Assembly: GCF_025869345.1 (NCBI RefSeq)
Contig: NZ_JAOZVW010000020.1
Coordinates: 8,830-72,829 of the forward strand
Source: Sphingopyxis sp.
GTDB lineage: Bacteria; Pseudomonadota; Alphaproteobacteria; Sphingomonadales; Sphingomonadaceae
DNA length: 64,000 nucleotides
Direction of reading: 5' to 3'
Part shown: one piece after another, positions 10,459-19,963 of the stretch
Layout: every line of letters starts with the position of its first letter
How positions within the stretch are numbered: the first letter of the stretch is position 1
Made by a program: the position numbers and the translations under genes
The notes under the pieces: generated by a model
The model's input: the letters and a program-made list of their open reading frames with translations, nothing else
Told to the model about the DNA's origin: nothing
Databases searched by the model: none

Positions 10459-10621
10459 CCAATAGCGCCCTCTCGGCTCATTCAGGCAAATGGCCTCGCA
10501 CACCGGCGCTCCATCGTCCCGGCTTGACAAATTTAGAGATGTTATATTATCTCTTAACTTGACCCGGCTCATAGGGACGGTCAACGCATGGGGCCGGGTC
10601 GATAAGGCAAGGAGAGGTGCC

Positions 10622-11350
10622 ATGACCCTGATTCCCATGATGTCCGCGATCATCGCAAGGCCCGCGAAACACAGCGCGCCCGCCGGGGCCGCGCCGTTCG
10701 CGCGCGAGAGCTACGACCCCGGCGCCACGCATCGTCCGGTCGCCGCGGCGTTCGCCTTCGGGTTGCCGGCGGCGCTCGTCGTCGCGGTCGCGCTGTCGCC
10801 GATGATCGTCAAGCAGACGCCGCGAAGCGAGCCCCAGACGTGGACCGACTTCACCGTCGACAAGCCGAAGCCCGAGCCGCGCCCCGATCCCAAGCCGCAG
10901 GCCGACCCGATCCAGACCGAGTTCACCGCGCCGCCGACGCCGTTGCCGCCGGTGTCCCGGGGCTCGACCGATGTCGCGCCGCTGCCGCCCTATACGCCGC
11001 CCGCAGGCAGCGGCACCGGTTCGACCGTCGTCGATCCGCCGCTGCCGCCGAAACCCGCGCCGTTCGTCGTCGCCCAGGTCGACCCGCGCTACGCCGGCAG
11101 CTTCCAGCCCGACTATCCGGCGAGCGAACAGCGGCGCGAGATCGAGGGGATCGTGCGGGTGCGCGTGCTGGTCGGCACCGACGGGCGGGTCAAGGCGGTC
11201 GAGCTGGTCAGCACCGACAGCCAGGGCTTCTTCGAGGCGACGAAGCGGCGCGCGCTCGCCAAATGGCGCTTCAAGCCCGCGACGCGCGGCGGCGTCGCGG
11301 AGGAAAGCTGGAAGGAAATGACCGTGCGTTTCCAGATTCGCAACGGCTGA
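10622..11350 (+). CDS. TonB family energy transducer
   Basis: N-terminal TM segment, Pro-rich spacer (KPKPEPRPDPKPQADP) and a TonB C-terminal domain (EGIVRVRVLVGTDGRVKAVELV). ATG at 10622 follows AAGGAGAGG. Confidence 0.8.
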   Translation: MTLIPMMSAIIARPAKHSAPAGAAPFARESYDPGATHRPVAAAFAFGLPAALVVAVALSPMIVKQTPRSEPQTWTDFTVDKPKPEPRPDPKPQADPIQTEFTAPPTPLPPVSRGSTDVAPLPPYTPPAGSGTGSTVVDPPLPPKPAPFVVAQVDPRYAGSFQPDYPASEQRREIEGIVRVRVLVGTDGRVKAVELVSTDSQGFFEATKRRALAKWRFKPATRGGVAEESWKEMTVRFQIRNG

Positions 11351-11571
11351 AACCCCTCCCGGGAGCGGGGGCTTCGTTGGCGCCCGCTCCCGCTTTTCCT
11401 CGACGCATGGCTTGACATCGGCGCCGAATCCCGCCAATGGCGCGCGGATAAATGGGGGCGGCGCCCGACGCGCGGCCCTCTTTGTTTTTCACAGCAACCG
11501 CCGGGGCCCCCAGTCCCGCCACATGCGCCGGATGTCCCTGCGGATGTGCCAATAGTTCGAGGAACAGGGCC

Positions 11572-11739
11572 ATGGCCAAGCCGACGACCGTCAAGATCAA
11601 GCTGGTGAGCACCGCCGACACGGGCTTTTTCTACGTCACCAAGAAGAACCCGCGCACGATGACCGAGAAGATGTCGGTACGCAAATACGACCCGCGTGCG
11701 CGCAAGCACGTCGAGTTCAAGGAAGCCAAGATCAAGTGA
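11572..11739 (+). CDS. rpmG: 50S ribosomal protein L33
   Basis: [55 protein letters not shown] (55 aa), from an internal Met of the 11452..11739 ORF. Confidence 0.95.
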   Translation: MAKPTTVKIKLVSTADTGFFYVTKKNPRTMTEKMSVRKYDPRARKHVEFKEAKIK

Positions 11740-11808
11740 TGCCTGTCCCCATGCGCCGGAAGCGCGTGGGCGGATAAGGCGTCATCCCCGCGAAAGCGGG
11801 AGCCAGAA

Positions 11809-11832
11809 GGGCGGCCGCGTGCCGCCCTTTTT
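11809..11832 (+). terminator. intrinsic terminator after rpmG
   Basis: GGGCGGCCGCGTGCCGCCCTTTTT, a GC hairpin plus T-run. Confidence 0.65.
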
Positions 11833-12012
11833 CGTGGGCGGATGGCGGGCTTCCACCGTCGCGCCCGCGAAGGCGGGGGCCGCTGGAGGTTTACGCGGCG
11901 GCGATGGCTGGTGTCGGTCGCTTTCGGCTTGGCGTCCGCCCGGCTTGACGCCACAACGGCCCGCATGAACCGTATCGCCATCCTCGCCATGGCCGTATAG
12001 GGACTCGAAGAA

Positions 12013-12984
12013 ATGCCGATCATCGCCGCGCGCCATTATCATCAGGGCAAGCTCGTCCGCGACCTTGGCCCCGACGACGTCATCCCGGAGGATTGCACCG
12101 ACGAGGATTTCTTCTGGCTCGGCCTGTTCGAGCCGACCCCCGACGAACTCGGCGGGATCGCCAAGCGCTTCGGCCTCCATCCGCTCGCGGTCGAAGATGC
12201 GCTGAAGGCGAAGCAGCTTCCCAAGGTCGAGGTCTATGGCGATCAGCTTTTCGTCATCGCCGCAACCGGCACGCTGGATGGCGACACGATCCAGTCGGGC
12301 GAGACCGCGATCTTCCTCGGCCGCCATTTCGCGGTCACCGTCCGCCACGGTTCGGCGCGCGCGCATACCGAGGTGCGTCAGCGGCTCGAAACGCTGCCCG
12401 CGAAGCTCGCCCACGGACCCGACTATGTCCTCTATGCGATTCTCGATTTCATCATCGACGGCTATTTCCCCGTCGTCGATGCGATCGAGGACCGGCTGCT
12501 GCTGGTCGAGGAAAGCGTGATGGACACGCCGCTCGACGCCGAGGAGATTCGCCACCTCTATGCCCAGCGGCACGAGATCATCCGGTTCCAGCGCATCGTC
12601 GGACTGATGAAGGATGTTGCGGCCCGCCTTGTCGGCGCCGCCGACCTGCCGTGGATCGACGAGGCCGTGCGCCCCTATTTCCGCGATGTGTGGGACCATG
12701 TCCAGCGCGCCGAATTCCGCCTGTCGGGGCTGCGCGAAGTCGCAGGGTCGGTCGTCGACACCAATTCGCTGCTCGAACAGCAGCGGCAGGGCGCGATCAC
12801 GCGCCAGCTTGCGGCCTGGGCGGCGATCCTCGCGGTGCCGACCGCGATCGCGGGAATCTATGGGATGAATTTCGAGCATATGCCCGAACTCGGCTGGACC
12901 TTCGGCTATCCGTTCGCCATTGCCTTGATGGCGAGCATCTGCGGCCTTCTCTATTGGCGGTTTCGGACGATCCGCTGGCTCTGA
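12013..12984 (+). CDS. corA: CorA family magnesium/cobalt transporter
   Basis: 323 aa with the YGMNFEHMPE (GMN) motif before the last TM helix. Confidence 0.9.
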   Translation: MPIIAARHYHQGKLVRDLGPDDVIPEDCTDEDFFWLGLFEPTPDELGGIAKRFGLHPLAVEDALKAKQLPKVEVYGDQLFVIAATGTLDGDTIQSGETAIFLGRHFAVTVRHGSARAHTEVRQRLETLPAKLAHGPDYVLYAILDFIIDGYFPVVDAIEDRLLLVEESVMDTPLDAEEIRHLYAQRHEIIRFQRIVGLMKDVAARLVGAADLPWIDEAVRPYFRDVWDHVQRAEFRLSGLREVAGSVVDTNSLLEQQRQGAITRQLAAWAAILAVPTAIAGIYGMNFEHMPELGWTFGYPFAIALMASICGLLYWRFRTIRWL

Positions 12985-13146
12985 TTGCGTTCGCTCCGTC
13001 GCATCGCGGCCGGCGGCGGGCAACCCGCGACGCCTCCCACGCATTTCGGGCCACGCATTTCGGGCCACGCATTTCGGGTGGGTGCCTCCGGTTCGGAGCG
13101 CCTCCCGCTAACCTTCTTTTAATCGGTTGCTCCGACACCCGTCTTC

Positions 13147-13812
13147 ATGGCCATAACCGGATATTTCCTCCCCGCAGCGCCGGGCGCCGATGTGCGCGGC
13201 AGCACCCGCCGCAAGCTCAGCCTTCCCGCAGAGGGGAGGCAGAGCGGCGGCGCCGGACTTGCGGTGCTCGTCCACAATATTTCGGAAACGGGACTGCTCC
13301 TCGAAAGCGACGCCGCCGTTGCGGTTGGCGACCGGATCGAGATCGACCTGCCGCACGCGGGCGACAGCCCGGCGACAGTGATGTGGATCAGCGGCCGGCT
13401 CGCCGGTTGCCGCTTCGACGCTCCGGTATCGCCCGCGACACTGAGCGCCGCGCAGCTTCGCAGCAGCGTCACGCACGATCCGCATTTCGACGACGAGGCC
13501 GCTTCGCCCGCCGATCAGGCTTTCGGAGGCCGGCTTCAGCGTCTGCGCGCGCAGGCGGGCCTCAACCAGGCCCAGCTTGCCGACCGCATGGGCGTCAGCG
13601 CGCCCGCGGTCTCGGGCTGGGAAAAGGGGCGTGCGCGGCCCAAGCACAGCCGCATGGCGGCGCTTGCGGCGATTCTCGGCGTGTCGACCTCCGAACTGCT
13701 CGGAGACCATGCCGTCGGGGAATTGCATGACCTGATCGAGCGCAGCCGCGTTCAGATCGCAAGCGCGGTCGGGACGAGCGCCGACAAGGTCCGAATCATC
13801 ATCGAACTGTAA
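13147..13812 (+). CDS. PilZ domain / XRE-family HTH fusion protein
   Basis: N-terminal R17GSTR21...N44ISETG49 matches the PilZ RxxxR-(20-30)-(D/N)xSxxG motif. C-terminal Cro/C1-type HTH (LNQAQLADRMGVSAPAVSGWEKGRARP). Confidence 0.75.
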   Translation: MAITGYFLPAAPGADVRGSTRRKLSLPAEGRQSGGAGLAVLVHNISETGLLLESDAAVAVGDRIEIDLPHAGDSPATVMWISGRLAGCRFDAPVSPATLSAAQLRSSVTHDPHFDDEAASPADQAFGGRLQRLRAQAGLNQAQLADRMGVSAPAVSGWEKGRARPKHSRMAALAAILGVSTSELLGDHAVGELHDLIERSRVQIASAVGTSADKVRIIIEL

Positions 13813-13875
13813 GGCGACATGACGGGCGCCTTGGCGAGTTTCGACCGGCAAGCGGTATTCGGCGTTATATAATTT

Positions 13876-13954
13876 CGTCATTCCCGCGAAAGCGGGAACC
13901 CAGTGTGGGGTCAGCCGACGCACGCTCCGGGTTCCCACTTTCGCGGGAATGACG
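13876..13954. repeat. palindromic intergenic repeat, family B
   Basis: CGTCATTCCCGCGAAAGCGGGAACCCAG ... GGGTTCCCACTTTCGCGGGAATGACG. Confidence 0.9.
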
Positions 13955-14126
13955 ATGATGGGGAGTCCATTGCCGACCGCGAAACCGCCACACTTCGGCC
14001 ATTCTGCTTGCCCTCGCACCGATCCGCCCTATATTCCTTCCCACGCGACACCGAAGGAGTGAACAGGATCATGGATCTGAACTGACTGCATCGCCCGTAA
14101 GCCGTGCCTTCAGGAAAGCTCTGTCC

Positions 14127-15707
14127 ATGTCCTCTATCACTCTCGCCAACCTCGGTTGGTCCACGCCCGATAACCGCACCATCCTCTCGGGGCTCGATCT
14201 CCATTTCGCGCGCGAGCGCACCGGCATCGTCGGACGCAACGGGGTTGGCAAATCGACGCTGCTGCGCCTGCTCACCGGCGAGTTGACGCCCGCGACGGGG
14301 CATGTCGCCGTCGATGGCCGCGTGGCGCTGCTGCGCCAGTCGGTGCAGGTCGGCGCGGGCGAGACGATCGCCGATCTGTTCGATGCGCGCGCGGGGCTTG
14401 CGTTGCTCCGCAAGGCGGAGGCGGGCGCGGCGAGCATCGACGAGATCGCCGAGGCCGACTGGGCGCTCGAGGCGCGGATCGACGAAGCGCTCGCCGCGGT
14501 CGGCCTGTCGCTTGCCGCCGATACGCCGCTCGATGCGCTGTCGGGCGGGCAGCGCACGCGCGCCGCGCTGGCGGGCGCGATGTTCGGCGCGCCCGATTTC
14601 CTGCTGCTCGACGAGCCGACGAACAATCTCGACCGCGAAGGCCGCGCCGCGGTGCGCGAACTGCTGCGCGGCTGGCGCGGCGGCGCGATCGTCGTCAGCC
14701 ACGACCGCGAACTGCTCGAGGAAATGGACGCGATCGTCGAGCTGACCGCGCTCGGCGCCGCGCGCTACGGCGGCGGGTGGAGCGCTTATCGTGCACGTAA
14801 GGAGATCGAGCTCGCCGCCGCCGAAGCCGAGCTTGCGGGCGCCGAAAAGCGGCTCGACCAGAGCCGGCGCCAGGCGCAGGCGGCGACCGAGAAGCAGGAT
14901 CGGCGCGATTCCGGCGGGCGGCGCAAGGCGGCGCGCGGCGACATGCCGAAGATCGTCATTGGCGGCCTCAAGCGCCGCGCCGAGGAAACGCGTGCTTCGG
15001 CCAGCCGCCTCGCCGAACGCCAGCGCGGCGCGGCCGAGGGAGCGGCCGCCGCGGCGCGCGGCCGGATCGAGGTCGTCGACCCGCTCTCGGCGGGCCTGCC
15101 CTCGACCGGCCTTCCCGCGTCGCGTACCGTGCTCGAATTGAGTCGCGTCACCGCGGGCTATGCGCCAGGGCGGCCGGTGATCAGCGACCTGTCGCTGACG
15201 ATCACCGGGCCAGAGCGCGTCGCGATCACCGGCCCCAACGGCTCGGGCAAATCGACGCTGCTCGCGCTCGTCGCGGGGACGCTTGCGCCCTGGTCGGGAC
15301 AGGTGCACGTGCCGGTGCCCTTCGCCCTGTTCGACCAGCGCGTGTCGCTGCTCGACCCCGCGCTGTCGATCGCCGACAATTTCCTCCGCCGCAATCCCTG
15401 CACGACCAACAACCAGTGCCGCGCGGCGCTGGCGCGGTTCCGCTTCCGCGCCGACGCCGCCGACCGCATCGCCGGCACGCTCAGCGGCGGGCAGATGCTC
15501 CGCGCCGGCCTCGCCTGCGTCCTCGGCGCACCGATGCCGCCGCAATTGCTGATCCTCGACGAGCCCGGCAATCACCTCGACCTCGATTCGCTGACCGCGA
15601 TCGAGGCGGGGCTTGCCGCCTATGACGGCGCGCTGCTCGTCGTCAGCCACGACCCGGCGTTTCTGGACGCGATCGGGATCGAGCGCGAGATCGCGCTGGG
15701 ACGGTAG
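14127..15707 (+). CDS. ABC-F family ATPase (two ABC cassettes, no TM domain)
   Basis: Two Walker A motifs (GRNGVGKST, GPNGSGKST) and two signature motifs (LSGGQRTR, LSGGQMLR), separated by a charged linker. Confidence 0.9.
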   Translation: MSSITLANLGWSTPDNRTILSGLDLHFARERTGIVGRNGVGKSTLLRLLTGELTPATGHVAVDGRVALLRQSVQVGAGETIADLFDARAGLALLRKAEAGAASIDEIAEADWALEARIDEALAAVGLSLAADTPLDALSGGQRTRAALAGAMFGAPDFLLLDEPTNNLDREGRAAVRELLRGWRGGAIVVSHDRELLEEMDAIVELTALGAARYGGGWSAYRARKEIELAAAEAELAGAEKRLDQSRRQAQAATEKQDRRDSGGRRKAARGDMPKIVIGGLKRRAEETRASASRLAERQRGAAEGAAAAARGRIEVVDPLSAGLPSTGLPASRTVLELSRVTAGYAPGRPVISDLSLTITGPERVAITGPNGSGKSTLLALVAGTLAPWSGQVHVPVPFALFDQRVSLLDPALSIADNFLRRNPCTTNNQCRAALARFRFRADAADRIAGTLSGGQMLRAGLACVLGAPMPPQLLILDEPGNHLDLDSLTAIEAGLAAYDGALLVVSHDPAFLDAIGIEREIALGR

Positions 15708-15724
15708 GAGGGAGCGCTTTCTTT

Positions 15725-15852
15725 CCCCTCCTCTTTAGAGGAGGGGCAGCGAGACTTACGAGCTTGCTCGTTAGTCGCAGCGGGGTGGTCCATGCGGGCT
15801 GGGCGCAAGGCCGCTTTCACCACCCCAAACCCCTCCTCTGAAGAGGAGGGGC
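15725..15852. repeat. intergenic repeat, family G (twin hairpins)
   Basis: CCCCTCCTCTTTAGAGGAGGGGCAGCGAGACTTACGAGCTTGCTCGTTAGTCGCAGCGGGGTGG...CCACCCCAAACCCCTCCTCTGAAGAGGAGGGGC. Second copy at 23607-23731. Confidence 0.85.
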
Positions 15853-15874
15853 TTAAAGAGCTCGCTCCTTCCCC

Positions 15875-16360
15875 TCACCCATCGCGCAGCGGTCGCCGCG
15901 CGGCTTCGTTCTCGACGATATGGCGGATCGTGATCAGCGTCTTGAACGAATGGACGCCCTTGTCTTCCCCCAGCGCGCGGCGGGTGAAGACGTCATATTC
16001 CTCCATCGACCCGACCTGGACCTTGAGCAGGAAATCATCGTCGCCGGTGACGTCCCACGCCGCGGTGATTTCGGGATGGCGGGCGATCTCGCGCGCGAAA
16101 TTGTCCATCGTCTGCGGCCCCGCCTGCTGCATCTGGACGAGCACGTGCATGGTGAGCGCCGAGCCGGTGAGCGCGGGGTCGACCAGCGCGATGTCGGCGA
16201 CGATCACTTTCTCCTCGCGCAGCCGGCGGAGGCGGCGCAGCACCGCCGAAATCGACAGTCCGACCGTGTCGGCGAGTATGCGCGCGGGCTGGAGATTGTC
16301 GCGGCGGACGAGGTCGAGCAGGTGGCGGTCGAAGCGGTCGAGATCGATCATTTTTCGCAT
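15875..16360 (-). CDS. Lrp/AsnC family transcriptional regulator
   Basis: 161 aa. N-terminal AsnC-type HTH (LDRFDRHLLDLVRRDNLQPARILADTVGLSISAVLRRLRRL) plus a RAM domain. Confidence 0.9.
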   Translation of the reverse strand: MRKMIDLDRFDRHLLDLVRRDNLQPARILADTVGLSISAVLRRLRRLREEKVIVADIALVDPALTGSALTMHVLVQMQQAGPQTMDNFAREIARHPEITAAWDVTGDDDFLLKVQVGSMEEYDVFTRRALGEDKGVHSFKTLITIRHIVENEAARRPLRDG

Positions 16361-16507
16361 ATTCTGGCTTATAGCGCAAAAATTGGTCGCCGATACGCCG
16401 AATTTCGGCGCCTATAGTCGGTGCGAATCGCCTAGATGGTTCGTATCCGAACCGTTCGAGCCGACGGCTCTCTCCCCTCCCTGCGGTTCGGATGCAGGAG
16501 ATCGAAT

Positions 16508-16630
16508 ATGGCCCACATCGCACCCGAAACCAACTGGCTCCAGCGCCTCTGGACCTCGGTGGTCGAAACCTCCGCCGCCGCCGTCGCGGCGCATTATCAC
16601 GCCCCGTGGGAGCGTAAGGCGAAGCATTGA
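16508..16630 (+). CDS. hypothetical 40-aa small protein (speculative)
   Basis: MAHIAPETNWLQRLWTSVVETSAAAVAAHYHAPWERKAKH. AGGAG lies 7 nt upstream of the ATG. Divergent from the Lrp gene. No family recognised. Confidence 0.25.
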   Translation: MAHIAPETNWLQRLWTSVVETSAAAVAAHYHAPWERKAKH

Positions 16631-16703
16631 GCGGCTGTCCGTCGTCCCCGCCTTTCCGAATGAAGGCGATCGACCCGAATGGCTGAGCGCGGATCTCATA
16701 TTT

Positions 16704-16780
16704 CGTCATCCCGGACTTGATCCGGGATCCATTCCTTCTCCGCCAGTTTGAATGGACCCCGGATCAAGTCCGGGGTGACG
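16704..16780. repeat. palindromic intergenic repeat, family A
   Basis: CGTCATCCCGGACTTGATCCGGGATCC ... GGACCCCGGATCAAGTCCGGGGTGACG. Confidence 0.9.
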
Positions 16781-16804
16781 AGGCAAGCAGCGGACACGCG
16801 CCGC

Positions 16805-17167
16805 TCAGGCAAACGCCCCGACGCTCTCGATGAACTTGATCACCGAAATCGGTTTCGAGACATAGGCTTCGGCCCCGGCGGCGCGGATCTGTTCCTCGTC
16901 GCCTTTTCCGGCATAGGCGGTAACCGCCATGATCGGCACCGCGCGCAGCGTCAGGTCGGCCTTCATCTGGCCGATCAGTTCGAGCCCGCTGACGTGCGGG
17001 AGCTGGATGTCCATGATGATCAGGTCGGGCGCGATCTCGCGCGCCTTTGCCAGCGCGTCGCGTCCGTCGCGCACCGGATGCGCCTGATAGCCGTGGGCGT
17101 TGAGCAGGTCGCAGAACAGGCGGAGGTTCAGCTCATTATCCTCGACGACCAGGATGGTCTTGCCCAT
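16805..17167 (-). CDS. divK: single-domain response regulator, DivK-like
   Basis: MGKTILVVEDNELNLRLFCDLLNAHGY...DLIIMDIQLPHVSGLE...SKPISV closely resembles Caulobacter DivK as I remember it. An alternative start at 17185 adds 6 aa. Confidence 0.8.
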   Translation of the reverse strand: MGKTILVVEDNELNLRLFCDLLNAHGYQAHPVRDGRDALAKAREIAPDLIIMDIQLPHVSGLELIGQMKADLTLRAVPIMAVTAYAGKGDEEQIRAAGAEAYVSKPISVIKFIESVGAFA

Positions 17168-17254
17168 GTAAAATCTCTTCCCCACCTTGCGTGCGCGGTC
17201 CGTTTAGGCGAATCGGCGGCACGACACAATTCATCGCGGCGAAGGGATTCCCGA

Positions 17255-17527
17255 TTGGATGAGGATGATACGGCGCTGGCGCTCCACGCGCTCGGCTGGA
17301 TTTTGAGCGACGACCCGCGCGCTGAAAGGTTGCTCGGCATGACCGGACTCGACCCCGATTCGCTGCGCGCCTCGCTCGGCGAGCAGGCGACGCTCGCCGC
17401 GATCCTGTCATTTCTCACTACCCATGAGGCCGATCTGATCGCTTGCGCAGAAGCGCTCGACGTGACGCCCGAAACCCTTGCCGCCGCTGCGCGGCGCCTC
17501 GAAGGCAACCAAAGGATGGACGCATGA
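17255..17527 (+). CDS. DUF3572 domain protein
   Basis: ALALHALGWILSDDPRAERLLGMTGLDPDSLRA...LIACAEALDVTPETLAAAARRLEG resembles the alphaproteobacterial DUF3572 family. Start uncertain (TTG at 17255 assumed). Confidence 0.55.
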   Translation: MDEDDTALALHALGWILSDDPRAERLLGMTGLDPDSLRASLGEQATLAAILSFLTTHEADLIACAEALDVTPETLAAAARRLEGNQRMDA

Positions 17528-18165
17528 CCCGCCCGCTCGTCATCACCGATTGCGACGAGGTGCTGATGCACATGGTCGTCCCCTTCGCCCAGTGGGTCGA
17601 CGAGGAGCATGGCGTGCTCTTCCGCATGGAGGATGCGAGCTTCGCCGGGGCGCTCAAGCGCAAGGAATGCGGCACGCCGCTGGAGGCGGCCGAGGTGTGG
17701 CCCCTGCTCGACGGCTTCTTTCGCACCGAAATGGGGCGGCAGACCGAGATTCCGGGCGCGATCGCGGCGATGGCGGCGATCGGCGATATCGCCGACATCG
17801 TCGTGCTCACCAACGTCGGCCCCGACCATCAGGCGGCGCGCGGCGCGCAGCTTGCCGCGCTCGGCTTTCACGCGCCGGTTATCGGCAGCCGCGGCGGCAA
17901 GGGCGAGCCGGTGCGCGCGCTGATCGCGGAGCGCCGGCCGTCGGTCGCGGTGTTCATCGATGACCTGCCGAACCACCATCATTCGGTGGCGATCGAGGCG
18001 CCCGAGGTCTGGCGGCTCCATTTCGTCGGCGAGCCCGCGATCGCCGACAAGGTGGCTCCTGCGAAAAATGCCCATGCGCGAATCGACGATTGGAGCGCGG
18101 CGCGCGACTGGATATTGGCGCGGCTCACCGAAAATATTCCGGCCCCAGCCCTGCAACCCGTATAA
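17524..18165 (+). CDS. HAD-superfamily hydrolase-like protein
   Basis: MTRPLVITDCDEV carries a DxDxV motif I. ATGA overlap with the preceding ORF. Confidence 0.65.
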   Translation: MTRPLVITDCDEVLMHMVVPFAQWVDEEHGVLFRMEDASFAGALKRKECGTPLEAAEVWPLLDGFFRTEMGRQTEIPGAIAAMAAIGDIADIVVLTNVGPDHQAARGAQLAALGFHAPVIGSRGGKGEPVRALIAERRPSVAVFIDDLPNHHHSVAIEAPEVWRLHFVGEPAIADKVAPAKNAHARIDDWSAARDWILARLTENIPAPALQPV

Positions 18166-18175
18166 AGGAACGATC

Positions 18176-18643
18176 ATGTCCGACATCCCCGCCAAGCTCG
18201 CCGCCCTCGGCCTCGACCTGCCCAAGCCCGCCGCGCCGGTCGCGGCCTATGTGCCGGTGGTCGAGCAAGGCGGGCTGCTCCATATCTCGGGCCAGCTTCC
18301 CTTTCGCGACGGCCAGGTCGTCACCGGCAGGCTCGGCGCCGACATGGACGAGGCGACGGGCTATGACGCCGCGCGTCGCTGCGCGCTGATGCTCGTTGCG
18401 CAAGTCGGCCAGGCGGTCGGCGGCGACTGGTCGCGGGTCGAGCGGATCGTCAAGCTCGGCGTCTTCGTGAACAGCGACCCCGGCTTCACCGCGCAGCCGA
18501 AGGTCGCGAACGGCGCGTCGGAGCTGATGGAATCGCTGTTCGGCGAAGCGGGCCGCCATGCGCGCAGCGCGGTCGGCGTGTCGGTGCTGCCGCTCGGCGC
18601 CGCGGTCGAGGTCGATGCGATCGTCGCGGTGAAGCCGGCGTAG
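18176..18643 (+). CDS. RidA/YjgF family protein
   Basis: 155 aa, ...LLHISGQLPF...VKLGVFVNS...RSAVGVSVLPLGAAVEVDAIV, typical of the RutC/RidA fold. Confidence 0.85.
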   Translation: MSDIPAKLAALGLDLPKPAAPVAAYVPVVEQGGLLHISGQLPFRDGQVVTGRLGADMDEATGYDAARRCALMLVAQVGQAVGGDWSRVERIVKLGVFVNSDPGFTAQPKVANGASELMESLFGEAGRHARSAVGVSVLPLGAAVEVDAIVAVKPA

Positions 18644-18676
18644 GAAATCGCCTTGCGCGAGGTCCAAAATCTTTCT

Positions 18677-18762
18677 GTGTCCCCGCGAAGGCGGGGACCC
18701 ATCTCCGGGCGGTTCCATCTTGCACCGACCGGAGATGGACCCCCGCCTTCGCGGGGGAACAT
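18677..18762. repeat. palindromic intergenic repeat, family C
   Basis: GTGTCCCCGCGAAGGCGGGGACCCATCTCC ... GGAGATGGACCCCCGCCTTCGCGGGGGAACAT. Confidence 0.9.
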
Positions 18763-18793
18763 GATTTTTCCTTTCTTCGTCGGTGATATGTGA

Positions 18794-19942
18794 ATGGCCG
18801 AAGCCGACCCGCCCGCGCGGACCGTCACGCTCGGCAGCGGCGTCGCCGCGGTCGATGCGGCGGCGTGGGACGCGCTCGCGGGCGGGGGCAATCCGTTCGT
18901 CAGCCATGATTTCCTGACATTACTCGAGCTATCGGGCAGCGTCGGACCTGGCACCGGCTGGCAAGCGGCGCCGATCCTGATCGAGGATGCCGATGGCGCG
19001 CTGGTCGCCGCCGCGCCCGCCTATCTCAAATCGCACAGCCAGGGCGAATATGTCTTCGATCATGCGTGGGCCGATGCCTGGGCGCGTGCCGGGGGCGACT
19101 ATTATCCGAAGCTGCAGATCGCGGCGCCCTTCACCCCGGTGCCGGGGCCGCGCCTGCTTGCACAGGACGAGGCGGCGGCGCTGCTGCTGATCCGCGGCGC
19201 CGAAGCTGTGGTGCGGCAGAACGGGCTGTCGTCGGCGCACGCGACCTTCGTCGCGCCCGAGCAGATGCCGCTTTTCGAGCGCGCGGGCTGGCTGGTGCGG
19301 CGCGACATCCAGTTCCATTTCGCCAATGCGGGCTATGCCGGCTTCGACGATTTCCTCGCCACTTTGACCTCGGCCAAGCGCAAGCAGCTCCGCAAGGAAC
19401 GCGCGCGGGCGGTCGAGGGCCTGCGGATCGAGGAGGTCACGGGTGAGGCGATCGGTCCCGATCACTGGGATGCGATGTGGGCCTTTTATCAGGACACCGG
19501 CGCGCGCAAATGGGGCCATCCCTATCTGACCCGCGCGGCGTTCGACCTGATGGGGCGGCGCATGGCCGACCGGATCATCCTCGTCATCGCCTATGACGGC
19601 GCGGCGCCGGTCGCGGGGGCGATGCATTTCCTCGGGTCCGACACGCTCTACGGCCGCTATTGGGGCTGCGTCCGCGACATCCCCTATCTGCATTTCGAGC
19701 TCTGCTATTATCGCGCGATCGACATCGCGATCGAACGCGGCCTCCGCCGCGTCGAGGCGGGTGCGCAGGGCGGGCACAAGCTCGCGCGCGGCTATGGCCC
19801 CGTCGCGACCTGGTCGGCGCATTATATCGCCGACCCGGGCTTCCGCCGCGCGGTCGCCGACTATCTGGAGCGAGAGCGGGCGGCCGAGGTGCAGGAAATG
19901 GAATGGCTGGAAGGGCATATGCCGTTCCGGCGGGCCGAATAA
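18794..19942 (+). CDS. FemAB-like/GNAT-fold protein (DUF482 family)
   Basis: 382 aa. NPFVSHDFLTLLELSGSVGPGTGWQ...YPKLQIAAPFTPVPGPRLL matches the DUF482 family as I remember it. Confidence 0.75.
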   Translation: MAEADPPARTVTLGSGVAAVDAAAWDALAGGGNPFVSHDFLTLLELSGSVGPGTGWQAAPILIEDADGALVAAAPAYLKSHSQGEYVFDHAWADAWARAGGDYYPKLQIAAPFTPVPGPRLLAQDEAAALLLIRGAEAVVRQNGLSSAHATFVAPEQMPLFERAGWLVRRDIQFHFANAGYAGFDDFLATLTSAKRKQLRKERARAVEGLRIEEVTGEAIGPDHWDAMWAFYQDTGARKWGHPYLTRAAFDLMGRRMADRIILVIAYDGAAPVAGAMHFLGSDTLYGRYWGCVRDIPYLHFELCYYRAIDIAIERGLRRVEAGAQGGHKLARGYGPVATWSAHYIADPGFRRAVADYLERERAAEVQEMEWLEGHMPFRRAE

Positions 19943-19963
19943 ATCTCACGCAGCGGCAAAACC

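Noticed and set aside
6923-10462. 648-aa (6923..8869) and 502-aa (8954..10462) ORFs on the - strand
   Set aside because: They lie antisense to nadE and gltX, which have clear catalytic motifs, and they read straight through the family C and F repeats.
13911-15650. 579-aa ORF on the - strand
   Set aside because: It is antisense to the ABC-F ATPase gene, which has both Walker A and both signature motifs on the + strand.
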